DNA from: Candidatus Latescibacterota bacterium
Lineage (GTDB): Bacteria > Latescibacterota > UBA2968 > GCA-2709665
Reading direction: 5' to 3'
NCBI GenBank assembly: GCA_963662665.2
Contig: CAXXJS010000040.1
Location: 1 to 64,000, forward strand
Length of the DNA stretch: 64,000 nucleotides
Shown here: in pieces, positions 20,016 to 29,587 of the stretch
Layout of the letters: each line of letters opens with the position of its first letter
How positions within the stretch are numbered: the stretch's first letter is position 1
Position numbers and translations under genes: made by a program
The notes under the pieces: model-generated
What the model was told of the DNA's origin: nothing
Database searches by the model: none
Seen by the model: the letters and a program-made list of their open reading frames with translations, nothing else

Positions 20016-20974
20016 GAAATCTCCTTCGGACCCGAACACCCGTGTGAAGCGCCAACGCGGGCCCGACCTTCAATTCCGTGTGTTAAGACCCGTTGATACG
20101 CCCTCAGCCTTATCCCGGCTTCCCGCCGGAATCCGGGCAATAAAAACAGACCTCCCCAGAGCAGCATTCTCAAAACCATCTCCGGAAACGTCAGTATCGC
20201 CAGCAGCCGACCGGCATGATTTCCCAGGTGTTTTTTCATCACATAAATATGACTCGCCATTCCTTCCACCAGCATCCGTTCCAGCGCCTGCTTCGAACTC
20301 TCACCGCCCGCATGGAACGCGCAAGCCTCCGGCAGATAGGCCACGGTCCAACCCGCCCCACCAAGCCTCAGGCAGAGATCGACGTCTTCATAGTACATAA
20401 ATATGGCGTCATCCATGCCGCCAACCGCACCGTAAGCACTGCGACGCACAAGGAAACAGGCTCCCGTCACCCAGCCGACGGACGTGGGCCCACCGGAGAA
20501 CCGGCAGCCGAATTTAAGAAATGGAAAAACAAGATGCAACAGGAATTTACGGCAAATCTCGCCCGCCAGACGAGGCGCTTTACCGCAGGATAGTTGCGCT
20601 CGTCCCCGCCGGTCCACAAGCTTTGGCCCCGCCAGGCCGACACGGTCATTGGCTTCAATGTAGTCCAACATGCGCTCGACCGAATCAGGCCCTACGGTCA
20701 CATCCGGATTCATGGCCAGAATATACTGACCGGTGGAAACTTCCACGCCCCGGTTGACGCCTCGGCCGAAACCGAAGTTCCCTCCCATTTCCACGAGCCT
20801 CACCCGGTCGCCGAAGGCGTCCAGCCCGTTCGGACTGCCATCCGACGAAGCGTTGTCCACAACCACCACGTCCAGCGGCAACCGCTCTCTTACTTCAAGG
20901 AGGGACGCGACGCACCGTAAAAGGTCCTCACCCGCGTTCCAGTTCACCACCACCGCCGTCACGGCCGGTTTCAT
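20012..20974 (-). CDS. GT2 glycosyltransferase (WbbL-like)
   Basis: VVVDNASSDGS, NFGFGRGVN, MNPD, WVTGAC, FMYYEDVDLC; start at MKPAVT. Confidence 0.9.
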   Translation of the reverse strand: MKPAVTAVVVNWNAGEDLLRCVASLLEVRERLPLDVVVVDNASSDGSPNGLDAFGDRVRLVEMGGNFGFGRGVNRGVEVSTGQYILAMNPDVTVGPDSVERMLDYIEANDRVGLAGPKLVDRRGRAQLSCGKAPRLAGEICRKFLLHLVFPFLKFGCRFSGGPTSVGWVTGACFLVRRSAYGAVGGMDDAIFMYYEDVDLCLRLGGAGWTVAYLPEACAFHAGGESSKQALERMLVEGMASHIYVMKKHLGNHAGRLLAILTFPEMVLRMLLWGGLFLLPGFRREAGIRLRAYQRVLTHGIEGRARVGASHGCSGPKEIS

Positions 20975-22373
20975 CTTCCACTCCATCCATACGGGCCAGA
21001 ATGCCAAGAAAACACGCATGCCAGAATATCAGCCGGTTGCCCATCATCGTGTTGTCGGTCAGTATATACACGAGCAGTGCGGCGTACACCGCGAGAAACG
21101 CAACGCAAAACCCCTTTACGTGCGGGTCGTCGGTCCGTCGAAACATGCCGTAGGCGATCCGCAGCCCCCTGGCGAATATCCACAAGAAGGCGATCACGCC
21201 CAGAATCCCCATTCGCATCATGATCGTCAGATAGGTATTGTCCACGCCTCCGGACGTAAATACATAGGGCTGGGAATACTCGTCGACTCTCAGATAGGAA
21301 ATCGTGGCGCCGTGTCCTCCGCCCAACACGGGGCGCTGCCAGATCTTCTCCAGGGCCAGTGCATAGGCCAGAAGACGCCCCTGAATTTCCAGGTCTCCCT
21401 CCGCTACGGTGCGCCGCAAACGACGGGTCGCCGTGTCCTCAACACCCGCGCCGGTAAATTCCTGGAAATAATAGCCCAGGCCGACAAGCAGCAAGGGTAT
21501 CAGCATCAATATCAGCAACCGCCGTCCACGATGCCTCCCCCTTTCCAGCATGACCAGACCGCCCACGCAGAAAAGCCCGAACAACAGGCTGCCCCACATC
21601 GCGCGACCCATCGTAACCACCAGCGCAAGACCGATGGGAACCAGAAGAAGACCGCCCAGCAGGCGCCGCATGGGCGACGTGTCGTACAAAAAAGCCGCCG
21701 CAAGAACCAGCACGCCCATTGGCAGCAGCAGCCCCTCCCGCCGGGCCACGCGGTAGAATGCCCCGGCAAAAGACAGATCGACGGCATGCACGAATTCAAT
21801 CAGGTACTCCACGCCGACAACGGCCGCCGAGACGACAAGCACAGCCAGAAACGCCCCGCGCCTGCGCAGGTCGAAAAATCCCGTTGCGACGAAGAACAGG
21901 ACGTAGTACAGCGGATATCGTATATCCCGCATCATCTGCCTGACGTCCTGCCCGTAAAACAGACCCAGCGCTATCGATGCCACGACCAGACCCAGAAAAA
22001 CCAGCACCGGGCGGTCCAGCCGGGTGCGGCGCCAGCTCAGCCTGCGTTCCTGCAGCCAGGTGACAAGCGCCACACCCCATACGACCAGAAACAGCGCCTC
22101 GCAGAAATGCAGGTTCCCGGGTAACATGAGGTGTTCTTCATAAAACTCGGAGGAGATTGCGGAAGCGATAAAACAAAGGTACAAGAGCGCGGACGTGACC
22201 GATGACATCAGGGCGATCCCGGAAACGACAACCAGGCTCACCGTGATCACCGGTATGACCTCGCCAAAATGCCAGGAAGGAAGCGCGATCAGCGCGAGTT
22301 GCGCAAGGCACACGGCAGTTATCAACCACCGTCCATCCATTCGGGCCGTCGAAACGCCCGTTTCCATTGCCAT
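20928..22373 (-). CDS. O-antigen ligase/polymerase (WaaL/Wzy_C family)
   Basis: Polytopic membrane protein, TMGRAMW, R...RPVLGGGHG, DNTYL...GILG. Confidence 0.78.
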   Translation of the reverse strand: MAMETGVSTARMDGRWLITAVCLAQLALIALPSWHFGEVIPVITVSLVVVSGIALMSSVTSALLYLCFIASAISSEFYEEHLMLPGNLHFCEALFLVVWGVALVTWLQERRLSWRRTRLDRPVLVFLGLVVASIALGLFYGQDVRQMMRDIRYPLYYVLFFVATGFFDLRRRGAFLAVLVVSAAVVGVEYLIEFVHAVDLSFAGAFYRVARREGLLLPMGVLVLAAAFLYDTSPMRRLLGGLLLVPIGLALVVTMGRAMWGSLLFGLFCVGGLVMLERGRHRGRRLLILMLIPLLLVGLGYYFQEFTGAGVEDTATRRLRRTVAEGDLEIQGRLLAYALALEKIWQRPVLGGGHGATISYLRVDEYSQPYVFTSGGVDNTYLTIMMRMGILGVIAFLWIFARGLRIAYGMFRRTDDPHVKGFCVAFLAVYAALLVYILTDNTMMGNRLIFWHACFLGILARMDGVEDETGRDGGGGELERG

Positions 22374-22401
22374 CGGTCGTCTGTCCCGTTCAGGAACTGT
22401 A

Positions 22402-24081
22402 TCAGAAGAAATTGAGGTCCAGCGTCACGCGCCAGTCGTGGGTACTCCCGTCCATACGGGTTCCGACCGGGTTGTTCGAACGCGTCAGCCGGTAGTTTGC
22501 AGTGAGAACCAGATTACGGACCGGTTCGAAGACAAGGTCCGCCCCGATGCCCGTGCGTTTCTGCACCGTACCACTCATGAAGTCTCGTACTGCGGCGTCC
22601 GTGGGACGCCGTCCCAGTTGCGCGTCTCCGCCCACGTTTGTCACCGTACCGTCGGAATTTTCGACATTCTCGCCATGGCGCGTCCTGTCGAGGCTCAGTG
22701 AGGCCGATAAGGATGGCGACAGCCTGTGCGTCAACCGGGTCCAGATCCGTTCTGAATTCGGCCCGGTCGGATACCCGAGAAGCGCGTCGAAGTGTGTGAA
22801 GGCATTGATGTTGAACCTGTGTGAATACACGAACGGCTCGATATGCAGGAACTCGACACGAATATCTGTATCCTCCAGCCCGACCGGATCCACCCAGAAC
22901 ACCCCGGCCTGAGCCGCGAGCTTGTTGGAAAAATCCCCCGGGCTGAACTTTCTCAAGTCATCCATAAATACCGCAACGTAGGTCTGCATGCCCGGGACAG
23001 GCCGGACGGAAAGATCCACACCCACAGCCAGATTATCCTTATCACCAACCGACATCTGAGCGGCCGTAAGTACCGAAACCGGAGACGCGTACAAAAACTC
23101 GAAATCCCGATCTCCGAATATCACGGCCTCCTGGAATCCCAGCCGGGCGCGGGGAGAGAGATCGACCTCCACACGGTGAGCCGCAATCGCCTTGGCCCGG
23201 AGAAACGTACGGCGGTACCCGTTGTCAACCAGTGTGCGGGAAGGGTCGATCAGATCCGAACCGGCCTGGAGAAATCCCAGAATGTGGCTGAAACGCACGC
23301 GCCCGAACGCCGCCCGGACCCGCGCCATCCCGAAAGACGGCGCAAAAGGTGACAACATCAGATTTCCACTTCTGCCCGGCCCCCAGTCCACACTTCCCTT
23401 TGCCGCATCCGCGTCGAACCAGCGCGTTGCCCACACCAGTTGATAGGTAGCTTCCCGAAAGTCCGCGGCTTTGTCCTTGAATTGCACCAGTTCGATCGGC
23501 CTGGCGAGGACGTCCGCCCGGGTCAGACGTTGCCGTGTGCTCCATTCACGAGCTTCGAAGTGCCGCGCGCGAAACCCGAAACGGTCTCCCAATACGCCGC
23601 GGACAACTGCGCCTATATGCGTCTGCGAGACCGACTCTTTCTCCCGGACCTGACCCCGAATCAGAATCAGCCGCTGGCGGAAGACCGCTTCGAGTTGGAC
23701 AGATGCAGCCGAATCCTGCCACGAAAAAAGCGCGCCCGCCAGCCGTTCAAGGGCGCCGCTTGCGGCCGGGACAGGCGTGTGGCCCAACCGCGCGACCTCC
23801 GTGCGGAACTCGGCTAAATGCCTCCGGAGGATTCCCTGTTCGGTGCCGGACATGGCGGCCTGCGCTTTTGCCTTCTGCAGAACCTGAAGCAGCAGCCGGG
23901 CGACCTTCAGCCGGGTGTACGGTCTGATCTGCGGCGCCGCGGCGTCCAGCCATCCGCGGGCGTCATACCGGTCGAGTGCCCGGTAAACCCCGTGTGCAAG
24001 AGGCACTTCGGGGGTATTGTCATCCGCGTGGGCAGTCAGCCACGGCGATAGAACAGCCAGCAACAGGAATACCGATCTCAC
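22402..24081 (-). CDS. Wzi-like capsule assembly outer-membrane beta-barrel
   Basis: Signal peptide, RPYTR, WGPGRSGNLMLS, AHRVE, DKDN, LGYPTGPNS, C-terminal Phe. Confidence 0.72.
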   Translation of the reverse strand: MRSVFLLLAVLSPWLTAHADDNTPEVPLAHGVYRALDRYDARGWLDAAAPQIRPYTRLKVARLLLQVLQKAKAQAAMSGTEQGILRRHLAEFRTEVARLGHTPVPAASGALERLAGALFSWQDSAASVQLEAVFRQRLILIRGQVREKESVSQTHIGAVVRGVLGDRFGFRARHFEAREWSTRQRLTRADVLARPIELVQFKDKAADFREATYQLVWATRWFDADAAKGSVDWGPGRSGNLMLSPFAPSFGMARVRAAFGRVRFSHILGFLQAGSDLIDPSRTLVDNGYRRTFLRAKAIAAHRVEVDLSPRARLGFQEAVIFGDRDFEFLYASPVSVLTAAQMSVGDKDNLAVGVDLSVRPVPGMQTYVAVFMDDLRKFSPGDFSNKLAAQAGVFWVDPVGLEDTDIRVEFLHIEPFVYSHRFNINAFTHFDALLGYPTGPNSERIWTRLTHRLSPSLSASLSLDRTRHGENVENSDGTVTNVGGDAQLGRRPTDAAVRDFMSGTVQKRTGIGADLVFEPVRNLVLTANYRLTRSNNPVGTRMDGSTHDWRVTLDLNFF

Positions 24082-24240
24082 AGCGTCGTATCCGGCGAAA
24101 ACAGATCTCTTTCGTAGTTTGATATTCGGAGGGCGTCAATCCGGTTGGGACGATAACCGGCAGACACAACGATCTCAGCGCCCGACGGGCAGAAGAAGCG
24201 TGCATATTCTGTTTCTCCGGGCCGGACGAGAAACCGCCCA

Positions 24241-24268
24241 ATTATACCATAACACCGTGAATTGTCAA
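24241..24268 (-). promoter_or_regulatory. Consensus sigma70 promoter for the polysaccharide cluster
   Basis: TTGACA-N16-TATAAT with extended TG on the minus strand. Confidence 0.7.
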
Positions 24269-24316
24269 GCAGACGGCCTGCCGCGCGCAGGCGGATGCAC
24301 GAGTTCCCGAAATCCC

Positions 24317-24345
24317 TTGACTTTGGGGATTCAACCTGCTATTAT
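24317..24345 (+). promoter_or_regulatory. Sigma70 promoter for the BMC locus
   Basis: TTGACT-N17-TATTAT with extended TG. Confidence 0.65.
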
Positions 24346-24418
24346 TCGCATCCTGAATCCGGAATCACACCCGTTGTCCGTCTCAATTATACGCGACATG
24401 CAGCGGACGCCCCACCCG

Positions 24419-25135
24419 ATGTTACAGACATTCAAACCTGCTTCCGAATGCGCGGACTGCAAGCTGTGCGAACGAGGGCATCAGGGCGTGCCTGCCAACG
24501 GGGCGCAGGATATTGCACACCTCGTCCGGGAAGTAATCGGCAGGATCCGGAACGGAAACGACGGCCTCCTTGAACTTCCTGTCGGCGTATCCGCAAGACA
24601 TTGTCATCTGAACCGCGACGCGATGGACATCCTGTTCGGGACCGGTTCGGAACTCAATCTCTACAGAGACCTCTATCAGCCCGGCGCGTACGCGGCGGAA
24701 GAATGCGTTTCTGTGATCGGACCTCGATTGCGCGCTATTGAGCGTGTCCGGATACTTGGACCCGCCAGGGACTACAATCAGGTTGAATTGGCCCGTACGG
24801 ACGCCATCTTTCTCGGTCTCGATCCCCCTGTCCGGGACTCGGGCGACTTGCGAGGCGCCCAGCGGGTCACTTTTGTGGGGCCAAAAGGATCTCTTACCGT
24901 TCCGGCCGCCATCCGCGCCGCCAGGCACCTCCACCTCCGGCCCGTCGACGTTGCCGAGATGGGACTTGGCGGACGCAGCGCCGTTCGCGCCCGCGTGACC
25001 GGCGAAAAGGGACTCACTTTTGAGAATGTAAGGCTTAAAATCGACCCCGGATATCTGCCTGAACTCCACCTGGACACCGACGACGCCAACGCCGCCGACG
25101 TTGTCTGCGGAGCCAGGGCATATATCGAACCCTGA
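24419..25135 (+). CDS. pduL: PduL-type phosphotransacylase with N-terminal CxxCxxC and encapsulation-like helix
   Basis: VGVSARHCHL, LYQPG, RILGP, RHLHL, ELHLDTDDANA; start at ATG 24419, downstream of the promoter. Confidence 0.9.
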   Translation: MLQTFKPASECADCKLCERGHQGVPANGAQDIAHLVREVIGRIRNGNDGLLELPVGVSARHCHLNRDAMDILFGTGSELNLYRDLYQPGAYAAEECVSVIGPRLRAIERVRILGPARDYNQVELARTDAIFLGLDPPVRDSGDLRGAQRVTFVGPKGSLTVPAAIRAARHLHLRPVDVAEMGLGGRSAVRARVTGEKGLTFENVRLKIDPGYLPELHLDTDDANAADVVCGARAYIEP

Positions 25136-25188
25136 GCCGTTGAATGACTCGACCTCGCCTGCAGAGCGACTTTTTCAACGGACTGATA
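25133..25188. repeat. MITE-like element, copy 4
   Basis: Minus strand TATCAGTCCGTTGAAAAAGTCGCTCTGCAGGCGAGG...TCAACGGCTCA, overlapping the pduL stop. Confidence 0.68.
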
Positions 25189-26625
25189 GGAGCCGTACTG
25201 GTTCATCCCGTCCGTTCCGCCAATGCCCGGATCTTCGTCCTGGTTGTGCTCCTGACGCCCCCGGCCGTTGCCTGTTTCCACCGGGTGCAGATGGACGATC
25301 CGTATATCACGTACCGATATGCGAGAAATCTGGCGGAAGGAACGGGGTTTATCTACAACGCCGGCGAACGGGTACTTGGAACGACGACACCGCTTTACGC
25401 CGTGCTCCTGTCTCTGCCCGGCCGGGTTACGGGAGACTTTCCGCTCATCAGCACGCTTTTCAGCGGCGCCGCGCTTGGGGCGCTGGGATTGCTGATCGGA
25501 CGGATCCTCGTTCAGTTCAATGAACCTGCGGCTGGTTTCGTCGCCGCGTTTCTCGTGGTTCTTAATCCGTACCTGGGCGATGTTCTCGGCTTTGAGTTGA
25601 ATCTGTTCCAGGCACTTGTCTTCGGCGCCTACGCCGCGTACTTTTCGAACCGGCCGAACCTGGCGGCACTGCTGCTCGGGCTTGCCACGCTCACCCGCGG
25701 TGACGGACTTGTACCGGCCGGACTGATTCTGGGCCATCACCTGTGGATTCATCGCCGACGCGCCTGGCGCCCGCTCCTGGTCTTTGCCGTCGTTGTCGGG
25801 GTATGGTCGGTCTATGCAACGTGGAGCTACGGATCGCCCTTTCCGAATACACTGGCGGCAAAGCGGGCCATGGGCGAAAGCGGACTCTGGCGATCGCTAT
25901 GGCACGGCGTCTTCTATACGGGCGGGCGTTACCTGGAATTGTCACCTTTGTTCCTCTGGTTTGCGCTACCGGCGTTCCTGGGCGCCAGAAGGATGTTCGG
26001 TCCGGACAGACGCATTCTGCTTATCGCGGGCTGGCCGGTATTCATCTTTCTCGGTTACTGGGCGATGGGCGTGCCTGCCGCGTACAACTATTATGCCGGG
26101 CTCGTCCCGCTCCTGATGATCCTGACCGCCCTGGGTACGGTCTCACTGACCGGTTGGGTCGTGGGGAAGTGGCCGGCCTTGCACGGAAATGAAGTCCGGA
26201 TAACCGCAATGCTGTGCATCCCGTTGCTTCTTGCCGTACTCACCCCCACCGTCAGACAGCTGGGGACGGAGCCCCAACCGAGGTACACGATCTACAAAAA
26301 GGCTGGCGAGTGGCTTTCCGAAAACACACCGGCAACGGCTTCTGTCGGAATGGTCGAAATCGGCATCGTGGGTTTTTACAGCAAAAGGTATATTGTGGAC
26401 GTCTGTGGTCTGGTCACCCCCTCTGTCGGCCCCCACCTGGCAGCGGGTGACGTTGCCTGGCCCGTCCGCACGTACCGGCCTGATTTTATGTTGTTACACG
26501 ACCCCCTTTGGACTTCGCTGGAAGAACCGATCGCGTCGGCGCCATGGTTCAGGGAATCTTATGAACGCATCCGGACCTTCGACGGACCCCGGCCCTACCG
26601 GCTGGCAGTGTACGGGAAGAAATGA
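25144..26625 (+). CDS. GT-C membrane glycosyltransferase
   Basis: DDPYITYRYARNL...G..YN.GERV.G.T.PL, LTRGDG, PNT..AK, IGIVG...D..GL; the true start is probably near 25198 because ATG 25144 lies inside the repeat. Confidence 0.75.
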   Translation: MTRPRLQSDFFNGLIGAVLVHPVRSANARIFVLVVLLTPPAVACFHRVQMDDPYITYRYARNLAEGTGFIYNAGERVLGTTTPLYAVLLSLPGRVTGDFPLISTLFSGAALGALGLLIGRILVQFNEPAAGFVAAFLVVLNPYLGDVLGFELNLFQALVFGAYAAYFSNRPNLAALLLGLATLTRGDGLVPAGLILGHHLWIHRRRAWRPLLVFAVVVGVWSVYATWSYGSPFPNTLAAKRAMGESGLWRSLWHGVFYTGGRYLELSPLFLWFALPAFLGARRMFGPDRRILLIAGWPVFIFLGYWAMGVPAAYNYYAGLVPLLMILTALGTVSLTGWVVGKWPALHGNEVRITAMLCIPLLLAVLTPTVRQLGTEPQPRYTIYKKAGEWLSENTPATASVGMVEIGIVGFYSKRYIVDVCGLVTPSVGPHLAAGDVAWPVRTYRPDFMLLHDPLWTSLEEPIASAPWFRESYERIRTFDGPRPYRLAVYGKK

Positions 26626-26706
26626 AATCGGCTCTCGTTGAAAAAACAGGTGGGCGCCATACCCGCCGCGCTTTGGTCGAAAACATTAAACAGGAGGAAT
26701 CTCGAC

Positions 26707-26988
26707 ATGGGTGAAGCCCTTGGCTTGATCGAAACCAGAGGTCTGGTGGCGATGATTGAGGCGACCGACGCCATGGTGAAAGCGGCCAATGTACAGCTGG
26801 TCAACTGGGAAAAAATCGGGGCGGGCTACGTGACCGCCATCGTCCGGGGCGACGTTGCGGCCGTCAAAGCCGCAACCGAGGCGGGCGCCGCTGCCGCCGG
26901 CAAGATTGGCGAACTCATTTCGGTCCATGTCATTCCACGCCCGCACGGCAGCCTTGAAGACGTGCTGCCTATTGGTAAATCGTCCTGA
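26707..26988 (+). CDS. BMC-H hexameric shell protein (PduA/EutM-like)
   Basis: ALGLIETRG...DAMVKAANV...GDVAAVKAA...HVIPRPH; AGGAGG RBS. Confidence 0.95.
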   Translation: MGEALGLIETRGLVAMIEATDAMVKAANVQLVNWEKIGAGYVTAIVRGDVAAVKAATEAGAAAAGKIGELISVHVIPRPHGSLEDVLPIGKSS

Positions 26989-27005
26989 AGCAATGAGCAT
27001 CCACG

Positions 27006-27303
27006 ATGATTCTGGGTAAAGTGGTGGGGACGGTTGTCGCCACCCAGAAAGACAGTGGGCTTGTGGGGTTCAAGCTTCAGGTCGTGCAGACTCTGGACGT
27101 TCAGACCCTGGAGCCCGGAAGTCGTTTTCCTTGTTGCCGTCGACGCCGTCGGCGCGGGAAACGGCGAAGTCGTCCTGTGCACAAGCGGCAGTTCAGCGCG
27201 GATGACCGGCATGACAGAAGACCGTCCGGTCGACGCGGTCGTCGTTGCCATCGTCGATTCCGTTGAAATGGAAGGTGCGACGACCTACCGCAAACACCCC
27301 TGA
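27006..27303 (+). pseudogene. BMC-P vertex protein (EutN/CcmL), frameshifted or miscalled
   Basis: [13 protein letters not shown] in one frame and [20 protein letters not shown]...DAVVVAIVD in another; removing one base near 27125 (T run) restores the frame. Confidence 0.8.
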
Positions 27304-27431
27304 TATATAACCGTTCATGGCCGCGCTCCGACCGGGCACGGAGGTTCGGCTCGCCTCGCGGCGTGCGCGACCCCGCAATTCCGGTGTACCGGCTTCGTGT
27401 CCAGTCCGGTTTTCCTCTACCTCTTGAAAAC

Positions 27432-28869
27432 ATGAACATCAGCGAAGCACAAATCAGATCCGTCGTTGAGGAAGTCGTCCGCACCCTTGCGCCAAAAGGG
27501 CAGGCCCCCGCGGTCGTATCGTCCCCGCCCCGGCCGGCTGGCGACGGGGACGACGGCATCTTCGAACGCCTTGACAGCGCTGTCGATGCGGCTGGCCGGG
27601 CTCAGCGCGAACTGGAAGCCCTTTCGCTCGAAGTACGGCGCAAAATCATCGAGGCCATTCGACAGGCGGCGCTGGACCACGCCAAGGGTCTCGCGCAGAT
27701 GACCATCGACGAGACAGGAATGGGCCGAATTGCCCACAAGATCCGGAAATTCGACGTGGTCGCCCGGCTCACCCCTGGAGTAGAAGACCTGGAACCGGTT
27801 GCCTGGACGGGAGACCGCGGGCTGACCGTCGTTGAACTGGCGCCCTTTGGCGTCGTTGCCGCCGTCACACCCTCAACACATCCGGTTCCAACAACCGTAA
27901 ACAATGCAATCAGCCTTATCGCCGCGGGAAACAGCGCCGTGTTCGCGCCGCACCCCGCCGCCAAAAGAGTCTCCCAGTCGGGCATCCAGATCCTGAATCG
28001 GGCGATCGTCGACGCGGGAGGACCCCCCAAACCTGTTGACCGCCGTCCAGGAACCGGATATCCGAACCGCTCAGGATCTGTTCGTTCATCCGAAAATCGA
28101 CCTCATACTGGTCACGGGCGGAGGCGGGGTTGTAAAAGCCGCCATGCAGGCGCCGAAACGGGCGATCGCCGCGGGTCCTGGAAATCCACCGGTGGTGGTC
28201 GACGAAACCGCTGACCTCGACACGGCCGCGGCGGGAATCGTGGAAGGCGGCGCCTTCGACAACAATATTCTCTGCATCGGCGAGAAGGAAATCTTCGTCG
28301 TCGAATCCGTTGCCGACGAACTCAGGCATTCTCTGCTGGCCAGGGGATGCGTGGAACTGGACCGTGGCCAGATCGACGGCCTCACGCGGCAAGTATTCAC
28401 CGAAGACGAGAATGGGGAACAGAACGTCAACCGCGAATTCGTGGGCCGCAACCCGCATGTGCTGGCCGAAAGCATAGGCCTGAACGTACCCCCTGAAACC
28501 GAATTGCTGATCGGAGAGGTGGACGCTGCGCATCCCTTCACTCAGAACGAGCAGATGATGCCCTTCATTCCGTTCGTCCGGGTACCCGACGTCAACACCG
28601 GGATCGAAAGGGCCGTGGAGGCCGAACACGGTTATCACCACACAGCCGTCATGCACTCCCGGAACGTCGAAAACATGACCAATATGGCGAGGGCCTGCCG
28701 CTGCAGTCTATTTATTAAGAACGGCCCGTCCACGGCCGGCGTGGGCGCCGGAGGCGAAGGGTACACCTCGTTCTCTATCGCCACGCCCACCGGCGAAGGT
28801 TGCACGTCTGCCAGAACCTTCACCCGTCAACGCCGCTGTACGCTGGTCGACTATTTCAGGATCGTCTGA
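27432..28869 (+). pseudogene. CoA-acylating aldehyde dehydrogenase (EutE/PduP), frameshifted or miscalled
   Basis: N-terminal encapsulation helix, ETGMG, TPSTHP, then VTGG, AGPGNPP, FDNNILCIGEK, TPTGEG; one extra C in the C6 run at 28023-28028. Confidence 0.85.
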
Positions 28870-28933
28870 CGGCCGGCAACGAACGGCCTGACGGGACGCT
28901 CTGTTTCGATCCACTCTCAATGCCCTGGTTCCC

Positions 28934-29206
28934 ATGCAACTCGGTCTCGTCATCGGAAAAGTCGTAGCCACAAGGAAAGATCCGTCGCTGACAGGTACCC
29001 GGCTGCTTGTTATACGGCCTCTGGACCACCGTCGGAACGATCTCGGTGAGGCGTTGGTGGCCGCCGACGTCGTCAGCGCAGGCCAGGGCGAGACCATCTA
29101 CTGGGTAGGCGCAAGGGAAGCGCCCAATGCGCTGCCCGAAAAGTACGGGCCGGTCGACGCGGCCATCGTCGGCATTGCCGACCGGATCGATATCGGTAAC
29201 GAATAA
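28934..29206 (+). CDS. BMC-P vertex protein (EutN/CcmL)
   Basis: GLVIGKVVATRKD, VAADVVSAGQGE, PVDAAIVGIAD. Confidence 0.9.
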   Translation: MQLGLVIGKVVATRKDPSLTGTRLLVIRPLDHRRNDLGEALVAADVVSAGQGETIYWVGAREAPNALPEKYGPVDAAIVGIADRIDIGNE

Positions 29207-29258
29207 CGCCTGAAGCCGCCTGCGGTTGTCCGGTTTTTTCTTCAAAACCCGGTGCCCA

Positions 29259-29538
29259 ATGATTCTCGCCCGTGTACTCGGCAGCGTCGTTTCGACACTA
29301 AAGCATCCGGCCTACGAAACCGCCAAACTCATGGTGGTTCAACCTGTTCAGCCGAACGGCGACGACGAAGGCGACACCCTGCTTGCCATCGATACCGCCG
29401 GCGCGGGCGCCGGCGAAACCGTCCTCGTCCTCCGGCAGGGCGTTGCGGCCGCGCAGGTTCTGGGGGGTGGATCGGCCACCCATTCGTTCCGTAATCGTAG
29501 GCATCGTGGATCAGGTCTTGTGTGAGCCAGAGACGTAA
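29259..29538 (+). pseudogene. BMC-P vertex protein (EutN/CcmL), frameshifted or miscalled
   Basis: MILARVLGSVVST..AIDTAGAGAGETVL; deleting one G from the G6 run at 29462-29467 restores PIRSVIVGIVDQV. Confidence 0.78.
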
Positions 29539-29587
29539 AGCAGTGCGCCCAACCACTTCCTGCACCCTTTGAATCGGTCTCCAAATC

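Noticed and set aside
20733-22124. 463-aa plus-strand ORF
   Set aside because: Antisense shadow of the O-antigen ligase gene, common in GC-rich DNA.
24017-24418. Long N-terminal extension of PduL in the ORF track
   Set aside because: It overlaps the wzi start and both divergent promoters.
11465-25188. Repeat copies read as integron attC sites or CRISPR repeats
   Set aside because: No integrase or cas genes, kilobase spacing, variable orientation, and no consistent RYYYAAC/GTTRRRY cores.
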